From an uncultured Candidatus Bathyarchaeia archaeon (GTDB taxonomy: Archaea > Thermoproteota > Bathyarchaeia > Hecatellales > Hecatellaceae): 64,000 bases of DNA. The DNA is taken from positions 672 to 64,671 of the forward strand of contig CAZAHF010000001.1 of assembly GCA_964484995.1 (NCBI GenBank), in the 5' to 3' direction. A model generated the notes under the pieces. The model saw only the letters and a list, made by a program, of their open reading frames with translations. It was not told where the DNA came from and ran no database searches. The translations under genes and the position numbers were made by a program. This document shows, piece after piece, positions 37,142 to 45,678 of the stretch (within the stretch, counting starts at the first letter, position 1; each line of letters opens with the position of its first letter).

Positions 37142-38347
37142 TTAAGTTTTGAGTGTTTTTGCTTCTTTTTCTGTTAAAGCTTCATCTAAACTTTTTAAGA
37201 CTTTGTCTATCTGTTCCTCCGTAATTACACATGGAGGCAGAAATCTTAAGGTGTTTCTTCCCGCATTCAGAACCAAGACTCCTTTTTCTAACATTTTTTC
37301 CATCACATCTAAAACATCAAACCTTAATTCCATACCCAACATAAGCCCTAAACCTCTTACTTCTCTTACAATCTTATGTTTTTCAGCTAATCCTCTAAGA
37401 CCACTAATAAAATATTCTCCAAGTTTTGCTGCTCTCTCCCAAAGCTTTCCTTCAACCAGAACATCTATTGTTGCTGAAGCTGCTACACATGCTATAGGGT
37501 TTCCACCAAAAGTGCTTGAATGTTCTCCAACACCCAACGTTTCCATTATTTCTTCTTTTGCAACAGTAATACCTATAGGAATACCGCTTCCAGTAGCTTT
37601 AGCTAAACAAAGAATATCTGGTGTAACTCCCCAATGTTCAAAAGCAAAAAGTTTACCTGTTCTCCCAAATCCTGTTTGAATTTCATCAAAAATTAAAACT
37701 AAACCTTTCTCATCAGCAATCTCTCTCAACTCTTTAAGATACCCATCTGGTGCAACATAAATACCCCCTTCACCTTGAATAGGCTCAACAATTATTGCTG
37801 CTGTGTCAGAAGTTATGGCCTCCTTAACCTTTTCAGACCTTCCGAAGGGTACAAACTTTATCTTTGGAATTAAGGGTTCAAATGCAATCCTATATTTTGG
37901 GTTCCATGTTGCTGATAAAGCACCCATCGTTTTTCCATGATAGCTTCTCATCATAGCAATTATCTCTTTCTTTCCAGTAAATTTTCTTGAAAGCTTTAAT
38001 GCTAATTCAACAGCTTCAGCTCCACTATTTGAAAGAAAAATTCTGTTAAGGGTTTTAGGTAAAATATTGATTATTCTTTTTGATAGTTGAGCTCTAGCTT
38101 CAAGATATAGGGAGCCATGACATGCGATAAGCTTTTCCGCCTGTCTTTTTATAGCCTCAACAATTTTTGGGTTTGAATGCCCTATAAAGGCTGCACCAAA
38201 ACCAGCCATACAATCAATATACTCTTTACCGTTTACATCCCAGATTACCGCATCTTTCCCATGGTCTACAACAATTTTTCTTCTATGGTAAACTTTAGCT
38301 AAAAACTCATCCTCAACCTTTATTATTTCATCTCTACTCATAGACAA
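37142..38347 (-). CDS. lysJ: LysW-gamma-L-lysine / acetylornithine aminotransferase (class III PLP aminotransferase)
   Basis: Class III aminotransferase motifs (DEIQTGFGRTG, PLP-Lys region). It overlaps lysZ by 14 nt. Confidence 0.85.
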   Translation of the reverse strand: MSMSRDEIIKVEDEFLAKVYHRRKIVVDHGKDAVIWDVNGKEYIDCMAGFGAAFIGHSNPKIVEAIKRQAEKLIACHGSLYLEARAQLSKRIINILPKTLNRIFLSNSGAEAVELALKLSRKFTGKKEIIAMMRSYHGKTMGALSATWNPKYRIAFEPLIPKIKFVPFGRSEKVKEAITSDTAAIIVEPIQGEGGIYVAPDGYLKELREIADEKGLVLIFDEIQTGFGRTGKLFAFEHWGVTPDILCLAKATGSGIPIGITVAKEEIMETLGVGEHSSTFGGNPIACVAASATIDVLVEGKLWERAAKLGEYFISGLRGLAEKHKIVREVRGLGLMLGMELRFDVLDVMEKMLEKGVLVLNAGRNTLRFLPPCVITEEQIDKVLKSLDEALTEKEAKTLKT

Positions 38348-39152
38348 TTAAGGTTCCCACCTCATGGTTTAAAGCTTGAGTCATAGGTTCTTCTTTTAAA
38401 CCTGAAGTTATAACAACCTCTTTTACACCCATTTGAAGAGCTTCAACAGCAGCATAAACCTTCTTTTTCATCCCATGTCCGATAACCTCAAGATTTTTCT
38501 TAGCTTCTTCAACACTCATTTTTCTTCTAACTGTTTCTTCAATTATTACACCCTCAACATCAGTACATATAATAATGGCGTCAGCCTTCAAAGCTCCAGC
38601 AATATAGGCTGCAGCACGGTCGCTATCAACATTTAAAAGCTGATATTCATCATCCATTGCTATTGGAGCAACAACAGGCAAATATCTAAGGTTAAGTAAG
38701 GCTTCCAAAAACTCCTTGTTTACAGCTTCAATTTTACCTGTGTAGCCACCGTCAATAGCAATCTTTCTTCCACGTTCATCCAAAACTATAAGCTTCTTTT
38801 TCCTTATAGCTCTTAAAAGAAAACCGTCAACACCAGACACCCCTACAGCCCTAATTCCATAACTTTGAAGCCAAGCAACAAGCTGCTTATTTATTTTCCC
38901 CGCCATAACCATAGTATAAACTTCCATTGTCTCTTTATCCGTATAACGGCTACGCATCCCATCAGGTGAAACAATAAACTTTTGCTCTTTACCCATAGCT
39001 TTAGCTGTTTGAGTAACCAGGTCTGCTCCACCATGGACTAAAACAACCTTATCATGTTCATATAAACTTTTTAAATCTTTTAGGAAGGATTCAGGAAAAC
39101 CAGACTTTAAAATACTTCCACCAATTTTAACAACAAACGTTTTTTGCTGCAC
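38334..39152 (-). CDS. lysZ: [LysW]-aminoadipate / acetylglutamate kinase (amino-acid kinase family)
   Basis: AAK-fold N-terminus (VVKIGGSIL) and the ArgB-like central region. Confidence 0.8.
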   Translation of the reverse strand: MQQKTFVVKIGGSILKSGFPESFLKDLKSLYEHDKVVLVHGGADLVTQTAKAMGKEQKFIVSPDGMRSRYTDKETMEVYTMVMAGKINKQLVAWLQSYGIRAVGVSGVDGFLLRAIRKKKLIVLDERGRKIAIDGGYTGKIEAVNKEFLEALLNLRYLPVVAPIAMDDEYQLLNVDSDRAAAYIAGALKADAIIICTDVEGVIIEETVRRKMSVEEAKKNLEVIGHGMKKKVYAAVEALQMGVKEVVITSGLKEEPMTQALNHEVGTLIVYE

Positions 39153-39372
39153 GTTTATTCCGCCTCAGCAACATACATTTTTACTAATGTAAGATAAAAC
39201 TACTCTATGAAAATTTTACCCTTATTTAAGTATTTCCCAATGTTTCACAAAGTCTCTTAAACATAATTTAGCGCTAGTAAAATTTGTGATAAACATATGG
39301 CTCCTATAAAAGTAAAGGTACATTATAGGTCTAGGTCTCCTAAATAATCTTTTTTATAAATAAAACGGTAGG

Positions 39373-40428
39373 TTAAATTGGATGTAAAGCTGGCTGATTT
39401 AAACCTGTTTTTTCATCTATTCTAAGCATAATATTCATGTTTTGAACAGCTATTCCAGCAGCACCTTTAATAAGGTTGTCTATTGCACCTAAAATTACAA
39501 GCCTATTTGTGTGGTTATCAATTTCAAACCCTAAATCACAAAAGTTTGAGCCAACAACAACTTTTGGGTCTGGAAGCCTATACAAACCCTTCCTGTCTCT
39601 GACAAGCCTAATAAACGGTTCACCCTGATAAAGAGACCTAAAAGCCTTCCATATAGTTGCTGTGTCTGCTTTTTCAACCAAAAAACTATGAACAGTTGTA
39701 AGAATCCCACGAACAATATTAACAGCATGAGCAGACATAGAAACCTTTACATTGGAGCCTGCGATTAAGCTTAACTCCTGCTCAATTTCAGCTGTATGTC
39801 TATGTCCGGTAGGCTTATAGGGTCTAACCACACCAAACCTTTCAGCATGATGGGTTGAAGCTGAAGGTTTAGCTCCAGCACCAGAAGAACCAATTTTAAC
39901 ATCAACAACAATATGGTCTTTATCAATAAGGTTTGCTTTAATCACGGGAGCTAACGCAAGGATAGTAACCACAGCCATACATCCAGGGCAAGCAACAAGC
40001 TGAGCATCCCTAATTTTTTCTCTGTAAAGCTCAGGAACACCATAAACAGCCTTTTTAAGAGTATCTGGTGCGGGATGATTCCAACCATACCATTTTGGAT
40101 AATCTTCAGGATTTTTTAACCTAAAATCAGCGCTTAAATCTATAACTTTTAAGCCAGCCTCTAAAAGTTTTGGTGTAAGTTTAGAGGAAACACCGTGAGG
40201 TGTTGACATAAAAACTAGGTCACACAAGTTAATTGTCTTTGAAAGATCTGGTTTATCAAATTGAAGATTTGTAACTCCTCTTAGGTTTGAGTGAACCCTA
40301 AAAACGTATTCTCCAACATATTCCCTTGAAGTTACCTGGGTTATTTCAACTTCAGGATGGGATAAAAGCAGTCTTAAAAGTTCTCCTCCAGTATAACCTG
40401 AACCTCCAATAATTCCAACACGAACCAT
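39373..40428 (-). CDS. lysY: [LysW]-aminoadipyl-phosphate / N-acetyl-gamma-glutamyl-phosphate reductase
   Basis: ArgC family (VGIIGGSGYTGGELLRLL; catalytic Cys in ACPGCMA). Confidence 0.85.
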   Translation of the reverse strand: MVRVGIIGGSGYTGGELLRLLLSHPEVEITQVTSREYVGEYVFRVHSNLRGVTNLQFDKPDLSKTINLCDLVFMSTPHGVSSKLTPKLLEAGLKVIDLSADFRLKNPEDYPKWYGWNHPAPDTLKKAVYGVPELYREKIRDAQLVACPGCMAVVTILALAPVIKANLIDKDHIVVDVKIGSSGAGAKPSASTHHAERFGVVRPYKPTGHRHTAEIEQELSLIAGSNVKVSMSAHAVNIVRGILTTVHSFLVEKADTATIWKAFRSLYQGEPFIRLVRDRKGLYRLPDPKVVVGSNFCDLGFEIDNHTNRLVILGAIDNLIKGAAGIAVQNMNIMLRIDEKTGLNQPALHPI

Positions 40429-40456
40429 GTTCTCCTTTAAACCTCCAAGTTTCTTT

Positions 40457-41314
40457 TTACCTTTTTGCCTTCCTAATCAGATACCCAACAATATATTTGG
40501 GGATGTTTACTTTTGTGGTTTCAACGGTTGCCTGAAACTCTATTGTATGGTTTATCTCATGAACAACCAAACCATCCTCGGTTTCCATCATGTCAACCCC
40601 TAAAATCCCTCCACCTACAGCTTCAGCAGCCTTAAGACTTAACTCTCTTAACTCATCAGTTATTGGGCAGTACTCAGCTTTTCCTCCTCTAGCTATATTA
40701 GTTTTCACATCATTAAAAGAATACCGATAAATTCCAGCTACAACCTCCTCTCCAACAACAAAAGTTCTAATATCTCTTGGTGGTCTTTTAACCAATTCTT
40801 GAAGGTAATAAATATGGTAAAGAGGAAACATATATTGTCTTTCTTCAAAAACAGCCTCAGCAGTTTCACGGTCCTTAAGAGGAACAATAAGTCTTCCCCA
40901 GCTTCCAATAATAGGCTTTAGAATAGCTGAATTGTTAAGCTTTTCAAAAGCGTTAAGAGCACTTTCAGGTGTAAATGCAACATAGGTTTTTGGGGTTGGA
41001 ACACCAGCCTTAGAAAGAGTTAGGGTTGTTAAAAGCTTATTACCACAAACACGAGCAACATCATAACGGTTAACCACAGTATATCCTTGATGCTCTAAGA
41101 TTGCCGATATGTTTAGGTTTCTAAAGTAGCTTACACAACGTTGAAGTATCACATCACCAAGAAACTCTTTTTTTTCAGGTTTACATGCTAAATCAAAAAA
41201 GTTTCTTTTTGCATCTATTAGTTTTACAGGTATACCTCCTGCTTTAGCAGTATCTATAATTGCTTTTTCTTCCCAACGTATCTGGTCATAAACTATTCCT
41301 ATAGAAATCCCCAA
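40457..41314 (-). CDS. lysX: LysX/ArgX RimK-type ATP-grasp ligase (attaches substrate to LysW C-terminus)
   Basis: ATP-grasp fold, 285 aa. The TTG start sits immediately after the lysW stop. Confidence 0.8.
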   Translation of the reverse strand: MGISIGIVYDQIRWEEKAIIDTAKAGGIPVKLIDAKRNFFDLACKPEKKEFLGDVILQRCVSYFRNLNISAILEHQGYTVVNRYDVARVCGNKLLTTLTLSKAGVPTPKTYVAFTPESALNAFEKLNNSAILKPIIGSWGRLIVPLKDRETAEAVFEERQYMFPLYHIYYLQELVKRPPRDIRTFVVGEEVVAGIYRYSFNDVKTNIARGGKAEYCPITDELRELSLKAAEAVGGGILGVDMMETEDGLVVHEINHTIEFQATVETTKVNIPKYIVGYLIRKAKR

Positions 41315-41488
41315 TCATTCTCCCCAATCTTCACCTGCAACCTGAACAGGCTTAACCTCAATGTTTCCAGCTTCAATTTTTGTTACTTCAAGTTCTAGAC
41401 CACAATCAGGGCAGGTTACAATTTCCCCAACAATAACATCATCTGGAACATTAAATTCTGCTCCGCATTCTGGACATTTAACTTTCAT
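41315..41488 (-). CDS. lysW: Amino-group carrier protein LysW (57 aa), not in the supplied ORF track
   Basis: Hand-translated from the minus strand: MKVKCPECGAEFNVPDDVIVGEIVTCPDCGLELEVTKIEAGNIEVKPVQVAGEDWGE. It has a Cys4 zinc ribbon plus an acidic EDWGE C-terminus, the hallmark of LysW. Confidence 0.8.
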   Translation of the reverse strand: MKVKCPECGAEFNVPDDVIVGEIVTCPDCGLELEVTKIEAGNIEVKPVQVAGEDWGE

Positions 41489-41649
41489 CTTTTACTCACA
41501 CTTAAGTTTCAGTAATATTATTAATCAAACAGTAAATGCTTTTAAACTTTTGTATCCAAAAAATTTTTTGTTAAAGACAAACATAAACTTTACATGTAAC
41601 TTATTTTAAAAGTTACTAAGGTTTTTTGCTTAAATTAAAGTATAATGTT
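41489..41649. promoter_or_regulatory. Divergent promoter region shared by the lysW operon (minus strand) and the hisA operon (plus strand); contains a 7-bp inverted repeat and TATA-like boxes
   Basis: GTAACTT (41596-41602) N7 AAGTTAC (41610-41616). TATA-like TAAATTAAAGTATAA lies at 41631-41645, just upstream of the hisA ATG at 41650. A TATA-like TTAATAATA sits ~30 nt upstream of lysW on the other strand. Confidence 0.45.
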
Positions 41650-42408
41650 ATGGAAAAAGAAGGGAAAAACTCTTTGTATATAATTCCCTCTGTAGATATT
41701 TTGAACGGGAAGTGTGTTAAGCTTATTCAAGGTAAACCTGGAACAGGTTTAGAGGTTTCTCCGGATCCTGTGCAAGTTGCTAAAATGTGGGAGGAAAAAG
41801 GAGCGGAAATTCTTCATGTAGTAGATTTGGATGCAGCTATTTTTGGTAGTAAAAGAAGCAGAAAAATTGTTAAAGAAATTTTAAGAAAAATAAGCATTCC
41901 TGTTGAGGTTGGTGGTGGTATAAGAAATATTGAGGAAGCTGTCTCTCTTGTTAAAGAGGGAGCTTCATGGATTATTTTAGGTACAAAAGCAGTAGAAAAA
42001 CCAGAGTTTGTTGGTGAGGTTATAGAAAAAGTTGGTTCAAACCATGTGATAGTTGCATTAGACTCAAGAAAAAAACTTGTTTTAAAGAAGGGTTGGAAAG
42101 ATGAAACACAAGTCTCTCCTTTTGAGTTTGCTAAATTTTTTGAACCTTATAATTTAGCCTCGATTCTTTTTACGGATGTTGAAGTTGAGGGAACTTTGAC
42201 AGGTATAAACCTTGAAAATATTGTTAAACTTGTAAATTCAACAAGAATACCCATAACTTATTCAGGCGGGGTATCCTCTATTCAGGATATCTTAAAACTT
42301 TTAAATGTTAATTTAAGGGGTGTTGTGGTTGGGAGAGCCTTATATGATGGATATTTTACTTTGGAGGAAGCAATGGAGGTTATAAAAAATGCGTCAAGAA
42401 AAAGTTGA
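41650..42408 (+). CDS. hisA: ProFAR isomerase HisA
   Basis: IIPSVDILNGKCVKLIQGK is the HisA N-terminal signature. The ATG at 41650 is preferred over the TTG at 41626 given in the ORF track. Confidence 0.8.
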   Translation: MEKEGKNSLYIIPSVDILNGKCVKLIQGKPGTGLEVSPDPVQVAKMWEEKGAEILHVVDLDAAIFGSKRSRKIVKEILRKISIPVEVGGGIRNIEEAVSLVKEGASWIILGTKAVEKPEFVGEVIEKVGSNHVIVALDSRKKLVLKKGWKDETQVSPFEFAKFFEPYNLASILFTDVEVEGTLTGINLENIVKLVNSTRIPITYSGGVSSIQDILKLLNVNLRGVVVGRALYDGYFTLEEAMEVIKNASRKS

Positions 42409-42985
42409 ACGTTTAACAAAAGAAACAACTGTAAAGATAGTTTTAAACTTAGACGGGGAAGGTAAAACCAAAATCCAAACGGGAAAACCCTTTTTTGACC
42501 ATCTACTAGAATCTTTTGCTTTTCATGGAATGCTCGACTTGGAGGTTTTTGCTGAAAGTAAAACTTTAGCTGGAGATCACCATCTTATTGAAGATGTTGG
42601 TTTAACCTTAGGTTTAGCTTTAAACAAAGCTTTAGGAGATAAAAAGGGTATAAGTAGGTTTGGCGCTGCAATTATACCTATGGATGACTCCTTAATTATG
42701 GTTTCTTTAGATCTTTCAGGAAGAACCTATTTTGACTCAAATCTAAAGTTTGAATATGAGAATGTTGAAGGTATACCGTCTCAAATGGTAAATCATTTTT
42801 TAAGGTCTCTAGCTGAAGGGGGAAAATTTAATCTTCATGTTGTTGAATTTAGAGGGGTAAACGATCACCATAAAGCTGAAGCTACTTTTAAGGCGTTAGG
42901 TAAGGCTCTAAATCAAGCTGTAAAAATCGAATTAAACTACAAGAAAGTTCCAAGTACTAAAGGTAGGTTAACTGAAAATGATTGA
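42389..42985 (+). CDS. hisB: Imidazoleglycerol-phosphate dehydratase
   Basis: IGPD motifs (TKETTVKIVLNLDG, HHLIEDVGL). It overlaps hisA and hisD. Confidence 0.85.
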   Translation: MRQEKVERLTKETTVKIVLNLDGEGKTKIQTGKPFFDHLLESFAFHGMLDLEVFAESKTLAGDHHLIEDVGLTLGLALNKALGDKKGISRFGAAIIPMDDSLIMVSLDLSGRTYFDSNLKFEYENVEGIPSQMVNHFLRSLAEGGKFNLHVVEFRGVNDHHKAEATFKALGKALNQAVKIELNYKKVPSTKGRLTEND

Positions 42986-44282
42986 GCCTATTAGACTTAG
43001 TGAAATGGATGAAAAAACTTTAAAAAAAATTATTGAAAGAAATAAACCTAATTTTAGAGCCTTTAGAGATGTTGTATCAAAAATTTTGGATGATGTTAAA
43101 AGGAACGGTGATAGAGCTCTTATCAAGTATACTAGAATTTATGATGGAGTAAAAATATCTATACGACAGCTTAAAGTTTCGGAAAGCGAAGTTTTAGAGG
43201 CATACCGAAAAACTCCTAAAACCTTAATTAAAGCAATAGAAAAAGCCTCAAAAAACCTTAGAGAAATTCATGAAAAACAGCTTCCAAAAAATAGGATTCT
43301 TAAAAACTCTGGAGGGGTTTATGTAAAACAGGTTTTTAAGCCTATAAACTCTGTTGGGTTGTATGTGCCTTGTGGAAAAGCTTCCTATCCCTCAACAGTT
43401 CTTATGCTCGGTATTCCCGCCAAAATTGCTGGAGTTAAAAGGCTGGTTGCATGCACCCCCCCAACAAAAACAGGTAAAGTAAATCCCGCAATTCTTGTGG
43501 CGCTTGACATGGTTGGTGTGGATGAGGTTTATAGGGTTGGAGGGGTTCAGGCGATAGGAGCTTTAGCTTATGGAACTCAAACAATACCTAGAGTTGATAA
43601 AATAGTTGGACCTGGAAACATCTATGTAACAACAGCAAAAATGATGGTTTATGGTGAGGTTGGAATAGATTTTCCTGCAGGCCCCTCAGAAATATTAGTT
43701 TTTGCAGATGAAACAGCAAATCCAACCTTAGTATTTCTAGATATGGTTTCTCAAGCAGAACATGATAATCTCTCTGTTCCAATACTGGTTACAACCTCAG
43801 AAAAACTTGCGTTAAAAGTTAAAGAGAAGATTTTAGAGTTTTTATCTAAAAAGTCTGAGAAAAAAACAGCTAAAGAGGCTTTAAGAAAAAACAGTGCTAT
43901 TGTTCTTGTTAAGGATGAGGAGGAAGCTGCAAACTTCATAAACAAGTTTGCACCTGAACATTTAGAGGTTTTTGCTAAAAACCCAGAAAAACTTATCTCC
44001 TTAATCTACAATGCTGGCTTAATTTCTGTTGGAAAGTATACTCCTGTTGCTGTTGCTGATTATGCTATTGGTGTAAGCCATGTGCTACCAACAAGCAGAA
44101 CAGCATCCTTCCATTCGGGATTAACTGTTTATGATTTTCTAAAACCCATCTATATTCAACAACTAACCAAAAACGGGTTAAAAAGGCTTAAAAAAATTGT
44201 TGAAGCTTTTGCTATGGTTGAAGGTTTAAATTGGCATGCTGAATCTGTTCGAAGAAGATTTGTTGGTAGGTTAAAAAAATGA
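42978..44282 (+). CDS. hisD: Histidinol dehydrogenase
   Basis: 434-aa HisD (QAEHD zinc-site region, NAD-binding segment). Confidence 0.9.
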   Translation: MIEPIRLSEMDEKTLKKIIERNKPNFRAFRDVVSKILDDVKRNGDRALIKYTRIYDGVKISIRQLKVSESEVLEAYRKTPKTLIKAIEKASKNLREIHEKQLPKNRILKNSGGVYVKQVFKPINSVGLYVPCGKASYPSTVLMLGIPAKIAGVKRLVACTPPTKTGKVNPAILVALDMVGVDEVYRVGGVQAIGALAYGTQTIPRVDKIVGPGNIYVTTAKMMVYGEVGIDFPAGPSEILVFADETANPTLVFLDMVSQAEHDNLSVPILVTTSEKLALKVKEKILEFLSKKSEKKTAKEALRKNSAIVLVKDEEEAANFINKFAPEHLEVFAKNPEKLISLIYNAGLISVGKYTPVAVADYAIGVSHVLPTSRTASFHSGLTVYDFLKPIYIQQLTKNGLKRLKKIVEAFAMVEGLNWHAESVRRRFVGRLKK

Positions 44283-44563
44283 GTTTGAATGTTTTAGCTG
44301 AAGTGTATGGAGTTATTGAAGAAAGAAAAAATAATCCAAAACCATCTTCCTATGTTTCAAATCTTCTACAAAAAGGACTTGATGCTGTTGTAGCAAAAGT
44401 TGAGGAGGAAGCTGAAGAGTTTATTGAGGCATCTAAAGATAAGAATTCAAAAGAAATAGTTCATGAGGCTGTTGACCTGATGTTTCATATGTTTATTCTT
44501 CTTGTCTTAAAAAACATTAAACTAGAAGAAGTGCTTGAAGAGTTTCAGAGAAGAAGAAGGTGA
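44279..44563 (+). CDS. hisE: Phosphoribosyl-ATP pyrophosphatase
   Basis: MazG-like HisE (PSSYVSNLLQKGLDAVVAKVEEEAEEFIEA). ATGA overlap with hisD. Confidence 0.8.
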   Translation: MSLNVLAEVYGVIEERKNNPKPSSYVSNLLQKGLDAVVAKVEEEAEEFIEASKDKNSKEIVHEAVDLMFHMFILLVLKNIKLEEVLEEFQRRRR

Positions 44564-44970
44564 GTCTTCTTTTGGAAGAAAAAATTGTTCTTAACCCTGA
44601 AAAAGCCAAAAAAATTGCTGAAAAATTAAATTATCGTCATAACGGATTGGTTGTGGTTGTTGTTCAAGAAATAGAAACAAACAAGGTTTTAATGGTTGCT
44701 TTTGCAAACAGGGAGGCTGTTGAAAAAACCTTAACCACGGGAATGATGCATTATTGGAGTACTGAACGTAAAAAGTTGTGGTTGAAAGGGGAAACTTCAG
44801 GTAACCATCAAATTGTTAAAGAAATCTATGTTGACTGTGACTTAGATACGGTTCTTGTTAAAGTTCATCAAATAGGTGGTGCTTGCCACTTAGGTTATAA
44901 AACATGCTTCTTCCGTAAACTTGAAGATGAAGAATTTAAGGTTGTTGAAAGAAAAGTTTTTGGTGAATAG
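44560..44970 (+). CDS. hisI: Phosphoribosyl-AMP cyclohydrolase
   Basis: HisI motifs (VVQEIETNKVLMVAFANREA, HYWSTERKKLW, CHLGYKTCF). Confidence 0.85.
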   Translation: MSLLLEEKIVLNPEKAKKIAEKLNYRHNGLVVVVVQEIETNKVLMVAFANREAVEKTLTTGMMHYWSTERKKLWLKGETSGNHQIVKEIYVDCDLDTVLVKVHQIGGACHLGYKTCFFRKLEDEEFKVVERKVFGE

Positions 44971-44972
44971 TT

Positions 44973-45650
44973 TTGAATAAAATCTCCTCAAAAAGAATCG
45001 ATCTTCACATCCATTCACTTTTAAGCGATGGTGAACTTTTACCAGTTGAAATTTTAAGAAGAGCTGAAGCTTTAAACTATGAGGCAATAGCCATAACAGA
45101 CCATGCTGACCAGTCAAATCTTGAATCTGTTGTATCAAAAATTGTTAAATTTTCCGAGGAACTGGAAAAGGAAGACTTTAAAACAAAGTTTTATCCTGGT
45201 GTGGAGCTTACTCATATTCCACCTAAACATATACCTAAAATGGCTGTTAAGGCAAGAAAACTTGGAGTTTTACTTGTGATTGTTCATGGTGAAACCTTAG
45301 TTGAGCCTGTTAAACCAAACACAAACCATGTTGCTGTTGAATGTGGAGAAGTTGATATTCTTGCTCACCCTGGCTTAATCACCCTAGATGATTGTGAAAC
45401 TGCAAAAAACAATGATGTATATTTAGAGTTAACAACAAGAAAAGGGCATTGTCTAGCTAACGGTTATGTAGCAAAAACAGCCTTAAAAACTGGGGCTAAA
45501 CTTCTTGTAAACACAGATCTTCACAGCCCAGAAGACTTTGTTAGCCAAGAATTTGCTTTTAAGGTTGCTTTAGCTGCTGGTTTAGAGGAAAACCAAGCTA
45601 CCCGTATAATTGAGGAGAATCCTAGAAAACTTTTAAAAAAACTAGGATAG
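44973..45650 (+). CDS. PHP-family phosphoesterase, probable histidinol-phosphate phosphatase
   Basis: PHP motif I (IDLHIHS) and further His/Asp ligands (ITDHAD, VIVHGE, DLHS). It is the last gene of the his operon. Confidence 0.6.
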   Translation: MNKISSKRIDLHIHSLLSDGELLPVEILRRAEALNYEAIAITDHADQSNLESVVSKIVKFSEELEKEDFKTKFYPGVELTHIPPKHIPKMAVKARKLGVLLVIVHGETLVEPVKPNTNHVAVECGEVDILAHPGLITLDDCETAKNNDVYLELTTRKGHCLANGYVAKTALKTGAKLLVNTDLHSPEDFVSQEFAFKVALAAGLEENQATRIIEENPRKLLKKLG

Positions 45651-45678
45651 GTATGTTAAGTTTAGATAGGTGTAGCTT

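Noticed and set aside
37149-37679. 176-aa plus-strand ORF
   Set aside because: It lies entirely antisense within lysJ, a well-supported class III aminotransferase gene. It is Ser/Pro/Thr-rich and of low complexity, typical of a shadow ORF.
41309-41320. Possibility that lysW-lysX is a single fused gene via TGA readthrough
   Set aside because: LysX chemistry requires the free C-terminal Glu of LysW, and a TTG initiator follows the stop directly. Translational coupling is the simpler explanation.
41361-41609. 82-aa plus-strand ORF given in the track
   Set aside because: It is antisense to lysW and to the lys/his promoter region, with a Ser/Thr-rich low-complexity product. The real gene here is lysW on the minus strand.
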